Shown here piece by piece: positions 8,735 to 14,863 of a DNA stretch of 14,863 nt. How positions within the stretch are numbered: the first letter of the stretch is position 1; every line of letters starts with the position of its first letter. The notes beneath the pieces were generated by a model, which was given only the letters and a program-made list of their open reading frames with translations, searched no databases and had not been told where the DNA came from. The position numbers and the translations under genes were made by a program. Source of the stretch: Campylobacterota bacterium (GTDB lineage Bacteria > Campylobacterota > Campylobacteria > Campylobacterales > Arcobacteraceae); contig JBNJFB010000054.1 of the NCBI GenBank assembly GCA_051746405.1, forward strand, positions 1-14,863, written 5' to 3'.

Positions 8735-9883
8735 TTAGTAATTTTTAGATTTTCTCATTTGTAAAAGTTCACGTTGAACCGAGATATTTATATCCTCATC
8801 AGGTGAAAAGTCTAAAGAGTAGTTTCGTCCGTCATAATCAACAGAGTTTAAGATAATTTTCATTGCTTCAAGTCTAGCTTTGTGTTTATTATCACTTCTT
8901 ACTATGTGCCATGGAGCACTTCTTGAGTTTGTTCTTCTTAACATCTCATACTTTTTTTCTGAAAACTCTGTCCATAAATCTTGTGCTTGCATATCAACTT
9001 CTGAAAACTTCCACTGTCTTAAAGGGTCATTTATTCTTCTATCAAACCTTCTTTTTTGTTCCTCTTTTGAAACTGAAAAATATAGTTTTATCAAAGTCAT
9101 ACCCTGTCTTACTAAATCTTGCTCAAAATTTACAACATCTTCCATAAATATTTCATACTCTTCTTTTGTACAAAATCCAAATACAGGCTCTACCATGGCT
9201 CTATTATACCAACTTCTATCAAATAAAACCATCTCTCCACCTGTTGGAAAGTGCTCAATATATCTTTGTAAAAACCATTGATTTTTTTGTGTTTCAGTTG
9301 GCTTACCAAGGGCTACAACCCTATAGTGTTTATTATTCATATATCTAGTGATTCTTCTAATAGCACCACCTTTTCCAGATGCATCCCTACCCTCAAAAAG
9401 TATAATCATTCTTTTATTTTGAGCTTCTAAATAGTTTTGAAGTTTAATAAGCTCAATTTGATACATCTTCAACTCTTCTAAGTCATAGATTTTTTGAATA
9501 CCATACTCTAAAACCTCAGGATCTAAACTTTTATAATCACCCAAAATCTCTTTTAACTCTTCATTCTCTATTTTTATATCTTCACACTCTTTTTGCAAAT
9601 GCATATTATCCTTTTTATCACTTGTACTATTTTTTACTTTGTTATCTTCTTCTTGTTGTTTATCTTGAGAGTTTCTCAATACAATAGACTCCTTAAAGTT
9701 TCGCATTAAGTCCAAAGCAGCTTTTTTTGTAAGATTATCCTTCTTTGTATATCCTAAAACCTTCACATATCTTTTTTTCTCAAATTGAAATCTTGCTATA
9801 TATTTTTTACCAAAGGTAGGATGAGTAGCTTTTGATATGTATAATCCACTGTAATTTGTCTTTTCAAAATCACTTAAGTTCAT
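8735..9883 (-). CDS. ppk2: Polyphosphate kinase 2 (class I-like) with a ~135-aa N-terminal extension
   Basis: Walker A FEGRDASGKGG; WFLQRY; Walker B FDRSWYNRAMVEPVFGF; lid region DPLRQWKFSEVD; APWHIVRSDNKHKARL. The start overlaps the upstream stop (TAATG at 9885-9881). Confidence 0.95.
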   Translation of the reverse strand: MNLSDFEKTNYSGLYISKATHPTFGKKYIARFQFEKKRYVKVLGYTKKDNLTKKAALDLMRNFKESIVLRNSQDKQQEEDNKVKNSTSDKKDNMHLQKECEDIKIENEELKEILGDYKSLDPEVLEYGIQKIYDLEELKMYQIELIKLQNYLEAQNKRMIILFEGRDASGKGGAIRRITRYMNNKHYRVVALGKPTETQKNQWFLQRYIEHFPTGGEMVLFDRSWYNRAMVEPVFGFCTKEEYEIFMEDVVNFEQDLVRQGMTLIKLYFSVSKEEQKRRFDRRINDPLRQWKFSEVDMQAQDLWTEFSEKKYEMLRRTNSRSAPWHIVRSDNKHKARLEAMKIILNSVDYDGRNYSLDFSPDEDINISVQRELLQMRKSKNY

Positions 9884-10815
9884 TATTGGGCCTTTGCAAA
9901 CTTATTTTCTTGTTCCATGGTCTCTATCTCTTTAGTACCATCAATCAAAATAGACTCATCATATTTTAACAGTTCACTATCATTACTTGGTTTATTATCA
10001 TAGTCTATATTTCTCAAAATATGTTTTATACAGTTTAATCTAGCTTTCTTTTTATTGTCACTTCTAATAATAGTCCATGGTGCATGGTCGGTATTTGAAG
10101 ACATAAGCATAGAGAATTTAGCTACTGTATATCTATCCCATAAATCTTGAGAAACTTTATCCACAGGAGATAGCTTGTATTGTTTTAGTGGGTCAACCTC
10201 TCTTTTTTTGAATCTTTTTGCTTGCTCTTTTTTTGAAACAGAGAAATAAAATTTAAACAAAATTGTTCCAGACTTTACAAGCATTTTTTCAAACTCAGGT
10301 ACCTCTTTTAAAAACTCATGGTGCTCTTCTGTTGTACAAAATCCCATCACAGGCTCCACACCACCTCTATTGTACCAACTTCTATCAAACATCACTATTT
10401 CACCAGCACTTGGTAAATGTTTTGTATATCTTTGGAAATACCATTGGGTTTTTTCTATATCACTTGGTTTTTCAAGGGCAATAACTCTTGCACCCCTTGG
10501 ATTTAGATGCTCAGTAATTCTTTTAATAGTTCCACCCTTACCAGCTGCATCTCTTCCTTCAAATAACATAAGAACTTTTAAACCCTTGTCTTTTACATAG
10601 TTTTGTAACTTTAAAAGCTCAATTTGCAGTAAGGTTAACTCTCTTTCATACTCTAAAGTCTCTTTTTTAACCCATATCTGAACTTTTTTATCTTTTTGCT
10701 TTAGCTCTTCTCTTTTTCTTGTTTTATCATTATAGTTATGCTTGATATCCTCTTTTGTATCAATTTCCTCTTCATCTTTAAACTCTTCATTGATAATATT
10801 TCTTTCATGTCCCAT
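9883..10815 (-). CDS. ppk2: Polyphosphate kinase 2 (class I-like)
   Basis: FEGRDAAGKGG, WYFQRY, FDRSWYNRGGVEPVMGF, DPLKQYKLSPVD, APWTIIRSDNKKKARL; AAGG RBS upstream. Confidence 0.96.
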   Translation of the reverse strand: MGHERNIINEEFKDEEEIDTKEDIKHNYNDKTRKREELKQKDKKVQIWVKKETLEYERELTLLQIELLKLQNYVKDKGLKVLMLFEGRDAAGKGGTIKRITEHLNPRGARVIALEKPSDIEKTQWYFQRYTKHLPSAGEIVMFDRSWYNRGGVEPVMGFCTTEEHHEFLKEVPEFEKMLVKSGTILFKFYFSVSKKEQAKRFKKREVDPLKQYKLSPVDKVSQDLWDRYTVAKFSMLMSSNTDHAPWTIIRSDNKKKARLNCIKHILRNIDYDNKPSNDSELLKYDESILIDGTKEIETMEQENKFAKAQ

Positions 10816-10833
10816 TAATATACCTTTATTTAT

Positions 10834-11976
10834 TCATGATAGTCTCATTTTGTAATCATTATACCCAAAACTGTTTACAGTTTGGTAACAACCATTTTGT
10901 TTTTTTATTATTATTGATGGTAACTTAATTCCATTAAATGTTGTAGTCTTAACCATAGTATAATGTATCATATCCTCTAATATAATTTTATCGCCCACTT
11001 TCAAAGGCTTATCAAAAGAGTAATCACCTATAATATCCCCTGCTAAACAAGTATTTCCAGCTAGTCTATAGCTATATTTTTTTTCATTTTCTACTGCTGC
11101 ATCTCTCACATCAGGTCGATAAGGCATAGCTAAAGTATCAGGCATATGGGCCTCTGCAGATGTATCCAAAATAGCAATTTGCTTATCATTTTTTACTATA
11201 TCTAATACACTAGCCACAAGGTACCCCGTTTGCCAACCTACTGCTTCACCTGGTTCTAAATATACTTTTAAATGTGGATACCTTTTTTTAAAACTTTTTA
11301 AAACTTCTATTAATCTACCAACATCATAATCCTGTCTTGTTATATGATGTCCTCCACCGAAGTTTACCCACTTCATATCCTTAAGATACTTAGAAAATTT
11401 AGTTTCAAAACTCTCCAAAACACCCTCTAAAGCATCCACGTTTTGTTCACACAAAGCATGAAAATGTAACCCATCTAAATATTTTAGATACTCACTCTCA
11501 AAATCTTCAGCTTTTATTCCAAGTCTTGAGTATAACCCACAAGGGTTATATAAATCAACCTCAACACTTGAATACTGAGGATTTACTCTAATTCCTAAAG
11601 ATACTTTTTTATAACACTTATCTTTAAATCTCTTTAACTGAGAAAAAGAGTTAAATACCATATGATTAGATAAAGAGACTATTTGCTCAATCTCTTCATC
11701 TTTAAAAGCAGGTGCATAGGTATGAACTTCCCTATTAAACTCTTGTCTTGCTAATTGTGCTTCATGAAGTCCTGAAGCACAACAACCTTTTAGGTATTTT
11801 TTACATAAATCAAAAGTACTCCACAAAGCAAAACCTTTTAAAGCCAAAAGTATATTGACTCCTGCTTCATCTTGTACTCTTTTTAAAATCTCTAAATTTT
11901 TTATAAGAAGAGCCTCTTCACACACAAAACTAGGTGTTGGTAACTCCTCAAAGCTATCTATTATTTTATTCTTCAA
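10834..11976 (-). CDS. nspC: Carboxynorspermidine/carboxyspermidine decarboxylase
   Basis: PLP lysine motif [68 protein letters not shown]. Start is TTG at 11976 or 11985 (uncertain); both overlap the rubredoxin 3' end. Confidence 0.95.
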   Translation of the reverse strand: MKNKIIDSFEELPTPSFVCEEALLIKNLEILKRVQDEAGVNILLALKGFALWSTFDLCKKYLKGCCASGLHEAQLARQEFNREVHTYAPAFKDEEIEQIVSLSNHMVFNSFSQLKRFKDKCYKKVSLGIRVNPQYSSVEVDLYNPCGLYSRLGIKAEDFESEYLKYLDGLHFHALCEQNVDALEGVLESFETKFSKYLKDMKWVNFGGGHHITRQDYDVGRLIEVLKSFKKRYPHLKVYLEPGEAVGWQTGYLVASVLDIVKNDKQIAILDTSAEAHMPDTLAMPYRPDVRDAAVENEKKYSYRLAGNTCLAGDIIGDYSFDKPLKVGDKIILEDMIHYTMVKTTTFNGIKLPSIIIKKQNGCYQTVNSFGYNDYKMRLS

Positions 11977-12130
11977 GTGCTTCAAAGTCCTCTTTTCCTA
12001 CACCACAATCAGGACACTCCCAATTATTAGGAATATCTTCAAATGCAGTTCCTGGTTCAATTCCGCTATCAAGATCACCTAAAGCTGGGTCATATATATA
12101 GTCACATACTGTACAAATATACTTTTGCAT
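11966..12130 (-). CDS. Rubredoxin (54 aa)
   Basis: Not in the ORF track. Manual translation [54 protein letters not shown] has two CxxC knuckles and the canonical YDP..GD...GI.PGT.F..IP..W.CP.CG pattern; AAGGA RBS upstream. Confidence 0.97.
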   Translation of the reverse strand: MQKYICTVCDYIYDPALGDLDSGIEPGTAFEDIPNNWECPDCGVGKEDFEALEE

Positions 12131-12321
12131 AACTGTTCCTTTTTTTAAGATAAACTATTATCAACTAATATAAGTAATAAATAACTTAAATAAAATCAAC
12201 AATACTCTTCATATTTTGATTCATATTCGAATAATGATTTCTCAAGAACCATTGGAAATTATATTAAAAAACTGCTTGTTACATCATAAGAATTTTTATA
12301 TTTAAAATTAAGTACAATTAT

Positions 12322-12350
12322 TTGACAAAAATAAATATTAATGATATAGT
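12322..12350 (+). promoter_or_regulatory. Near-consensus sigma70 promoter for the ATPase gene
   Basis: TTGACA (12322-12327), 17 nt, TATAGT (12345-12350), with an extended -10 TG at 12342-12343; about 40 nt upstream of ATG 12390. Confidence 0.7.
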
Positions 12351-12389
12351 ACATAAAAGTATTTAAAATTAAATATAAAGAGAAAATAA

Positions 12390-13484
12390 ATGACAACACC
12401 ATTTCCGTTTGAAACAATAGCTCCAAAAGAGTATTTTTATGGTAGAGAAAATGAACTAAAAGATTTAAAATCACATATTCAAAACTCTACAAATGTATTA
12501 CTATTTTCTAAAAGAAGAATGGGTAAGAGTACACTTATTAAAAATCTTTTTAGAGAGCTTGAAAATGATTACATAGTAATCTATATTGATATTTATAATA
12601 TCATCACCGCTGAAGATTTTGGAACTTTATTGCTTAAAGGAATTACAGCTATTGAAAAAGGTGATATTCTAACAAGTATTAAAAAGTTAACATCATTATT
12701 TAAAAGAACTAGAGTTGAACCAACTTTTGATTCAGAAACTGGTGAAATGAGTATCAAAGCAGTTACTAATAATTTAAGTTTTGATGAATTAATGGAAGAT
12801 TCATTCGCTGCACTATTTAAACTAGCAAAAGAAAAAAATGTGGTACTTGCTATTGATGAATTTCAACAAATCTCAAATATTAAAAATGTAAAGATTGATG
12901 CAGTTCTTAGAAAATATATACAAGAAGCTACTAATATCTCATATATCTTTTTAGGCTCAAAGAGAAATATTCTAAACTCACTCTTTGCATATAAAGCACC
13001 ATTATACTCAATGGCTACACCGATGTCCTTAAAACCACTAGAGATTGAAGATATTTATAATTACGCAAAAGAATACTTAAATATATCTAAAGAGCTTATA
13101 GAATATATCTATGAGCTTAGTGCAGGAGAAACTAAACTTATTCAAATGGTGCTGCATAGAATTTATATTGATAAAGAAAATATTGATACTATTGATAATA
13201 AGTTAGTTGATACTGTTATTGATGGAATACTAATTTCAAAAGATGAATTTTATAAAACACTTTTCGAAATATTTAGCACCAATCAGAAGAAAGCATTTAG
13301 GCTTTTAGCTAAATATGGCAAAGATCTATTCTCAGAGCGAATACTGCATGAAGAACATATATCAAGGTCATCAATGCAATCATCACTCAAACAGCTCTTT
13401 GCAAAAGAGTATATTGACAAAGAAGATAGTACTTATTTTATACCAGATCGTACTTTTGAACTTTGGGCAAAAAAATATTTATAG
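12390..13484 (+). CDS. Archaeal-type (COG1672-like/STAND-related) P-loop ATPase with C-terminal winged helix
   Basis: N-terminal PF......YFYGRENEL; Walker A variant SKRRMGKST; Walker B VVLAIDEFQ; YIFLGS strand; helical domain; wHTH-like SRSSMQSSLKQLFAKEYIDKEDSTYFIPDRTFELW. Confidence 0.85.
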   Translation: MTTPFPFETIAPKEYFYGRENELKDLKSHIQNSTNVLLFSKRRMGKSTLIKNLFRELENDYIVIYIDIYNIITAEDFGTLLLKGITAIEKGDILTSIKKLTSLFKRTRVEPTFDSETGEMSIKAVTNNLSFDELMEDSFAALFKLAKEKNVVLAIDEFQQISNIKNVKIDAVLRKYIQEATNISYIFLGSKRNILNSLFAYKAPLYSMATPMSLKPLEIEDIYNYAKEYLNISKELIEYIYELSAGETKLIQMVLHRIYIDKENIDTIDNKLVDTVIDGILISKDEFYKTLFEIFSTNQKKAFRLLAKYGKDLFSERILHEEHISRSSMQSSLKQLFAKEYIDKEDSTYFIPDRTFELWAKKYL

Positions 13485-13518
13485 GAAAAGAGTATGCTAA
13501 TAAAAAATTATTATATAG

Positions 13519-14718
13519 TTATACTTCCATCTCTAATATTTTCCAAGGTAACCCTTGAGTCATCAACTCATCCATAAAAGGCTTAGCATCAAACTCTTCA
13601 ATATTAAATACACCTTTACCATCCCATATACCTTTATATAACATCTTAGTTCCAATCATCGCAGGAACTCCTGTAGTGTAGCTTACAGCTTGAGCTCCTG
13701 TCTCCTTATAACACTCTTGATGGTCACAAATATTGTAAATATATACCTTCTTTTTCTTTCCATTTTTGATACCTTCAATTATACATCCAATATTTGTCTT
13801 ACCAACAGTTCTTTCTCCTAAACTTGCAGGGTCAGGTAAAAGAGTAGTTAAAAACTCAATTGGAGTAATCTCTACACCTTTATGCATAACAGGCTTTATT
13901 CCTAACATACCTACATTTTGTAAGCAATTCATATGCTGTATATATGAATCTCCAAATGTCATAAAAAATCTAATTCTTTTTAAACCTTTAATATTTTTAG
14001 ATAGACTCTCTAACTCTTCATGATATAAAAGATATGAGGGCTTAACTCCAACTTCTGGATAATCATGGTCAACTCTTATTTCCAAAGGTTTTGTCTCTAT
14101 CCATTTACCCTCTTCCCAATACCTACCATTTGAAGATACCTCTCTTAAATTTATTTCAGGATTAAAGTTTGTAGCAAAAGCATAGCCATGGTCACCTGCA
14201 TTACAATCCATAATATCTATATAATGAATCTCATCAAAAAGATAATCAGCAGCATATGCACAAAATACACCCGTAACCCCTGGGTCAAAACCACTTCCTA
14301 ATAGAGCCATAATATCAGCTTTTTTAAACTGCTCATGCCTTGCCCACTGATGCTTATACTCAAATTTAGCCTCATCAGGATGTTCATAATTTGCAGTATC
14401 CACATAATCAACACCTGCTTTTGTACAAGCATCCATAATAGTTAAATCTTGATAAGGTAACGCCACATTTAAAACAACTCTTGGGTTTACTTGCTCAATT
14501 AACTTTACCAATTGAGGTACATCATCAGCATCAACACATGCAGTATCAATATCAACTCCGACTCTTTGTTTGATATCTTTAGCAATATCTTCACACTTTG
14601 AAACTGTTCGTGATGCTATTGTTATCTTCTCAAATGTATCAATATTCATAGCACACTTTACTGTGGCAACCCTACTTACACCACCTGCACCAATGATTAA
14701 AATACCTTTTTTATTCAT
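13519..14718 (-). CDS. Carboxy(nor)spermidine dehydrogenase/synthase (saccharopine dehydrogenase family)
   Basis: Rossmann IIGAGGV; NVALPYQDLTIMDAC; YVDTANYE; GSGFDPGVT; DCNAGDHGYAFATNFNPEINLRE; YHEELESL; QAVSYTTGVPAMIG. GGAG RBS; nspC lies nearby. Confidence 0.93.
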   Translation of the reverse strand: MNKKGILIIGAGGVSRVATVKCAMNIDTFEKITIASRTVSKCEDIAKDIKQRVGVDIDTACVDADDVPQLVKLIEQVNPRVVLNVALPYQDLTIMDACTKAGVDYVDTANYEHPDEAKFEYKHQWARHEQFKKADIMALLGSGFDPGVTGVFCAYAADYLFDEIHYIDIMDCNAGDHGYAFATNFNPEINLREVSSNGRYWEEGKWIETKPLEIRVDHDYPEVGVKPSYLLYHEELESLSKNIKGLKRIRFFMTFGDSYIQHMNCLQNVGMLGIKPVMHKGVEITPIEFLTTLLPDPASLGERTVGKTNIGCIIEGIKNGKKKKVYIYNICDHQECYKETGAQAVSYTTGVPAMIGTKMLYKGIWDGKGVFNIEEFDAKPFMDELMTQGLPWKILEMEV

Positions 14719-14851
14719 TTAATATCTCCAGATTTATTATAGTAACTATATTATAGACTCTTTTGAGCCGCTTGCAAATTCCACCATCATAAACTAGTGA
14801 ATTTATAAACCTACTAAACTTATCAAGCAGATCTTTTAAACTTTTAATCAT
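14711..14851 (-). CDS. Putative 46-aa small ORF / leader peptide overlapping the dehydrogenase start
   Basis: ATG 14851 to TAA 14711 encodes MIKSLKDLLDKFSRFINSLVYDGGICKRLKRVYNIVTIINLEILNE*, with an 8-nt ATGAATAA overlap. RBS is weak and a promoter-like element lies inside it. Confidence 0.25.
   Translation of the reverse strand: MIKSLKDLLDKFSRFINSLVYDGGICKRLKRVYNIVTIINLEILNE
14750..14777 (-). promoter_or_regulatory. Candidate sigma70 promoter for the dehydrogenase
   Basis: Minus strand TTGCAA (14777-14772), 16 nt, TATAAT (14755-14750); a second TATAAT lies at 14741-14736. Confidence 0.5.
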
Positions 14852-14863
14852 TTTACCGCTTTA

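Noticed and set aside
9686..9883. Integrase remnant or prophage at the ppk2 N-terminus
   Set aside because: No catalytic tyrosine-recombinase domain, att site or phage genes; the segment is an in-frame part of a coupled ppk2 gene.
8880..10600. Plus-strand ORFs 8880-9281, 8911-9147, 9166-9348, 10263-10484, 10370-10600
   Set aside because: Fully antisense to well-supported ppk2 genes; their mutual similarity just mirrors the paralogy.
8689..12180. Shared 11-mer ATAAGTAATAA at 8689-8699 and 12170-12180, upstream of two minus-strand units
   Set aside because: Nearly all A/T and at inconsistent distance from a -10 element; likely chance.
12148..12246. Fur/PerR-like boxes upstream of rubredoxin (TGATAATAGTTTATC; AATAATGATTTCTCAA)
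   Set aside because: Only half-site matches with wrong 7-1-7 spacing in very AT-rich DNA; not supportable without a PWM scan.
11855..14023. ORFs 11855-12082, 12259-12474, 13315-13500, 13766-14023
   Set aside because: They overlap confident genes on the opposite strand or in another frame and show no motifs.
10834..14718. Lysine-pathway assignment (LysA and true saccharopine dehydrogenase)
   Set aside because: NspC-specific motifs ([23 protein letters not shown]) and the gene pairing indicate the carboxy(nor)spermidine pathway.

Overview
AT-rich bacterial chromosomal DNA, most consistent with Campylobacterota/Arcobacteraceae (inferred from AT content, AHQWRQP-type kinase H-box and gene content). 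Almost all genes are on the minus strand. In transcription order (right to left): a possible 46-aa leader ORF; carboxy(nor)spermidine dehydrogenase; a lone oppositely oriented archaeal-type/STAND-like ATPase-wHTH gene with a near-consensus sigma70 promoter; a tight rubredoxin-nspC-ppk2-ppk2 cluster; then a separately promoted three-kinase operon. That operon encodes a cytoplasmic 4xCBS-PAS-PAS hybrid kinase, a REC-HK relay kinase and a >=1374-aa four-TM double-Cache hybrid kinase that runs off the window edge. The ORF track misses the rubredoxin and the double-Cache kinase. Most notable observations: (1) the second PPK2 has an N-terminal domain resembling an integrase arm-type DNA-binding domain; (2) the two hybrid kinases share a ~96%-identical 366-bp HPt block and other mosaic identity tracts despite unrelated sensor regions; (3) polyamine and polyphosphate synthesis genes appear co-transcribed; (4) a small ORF overlaps the start of the polyamine dehydrogenase. 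No rRNA, tRNA, CRISPR array or transposase was seen. All domain calls are by eye, with no database searches.
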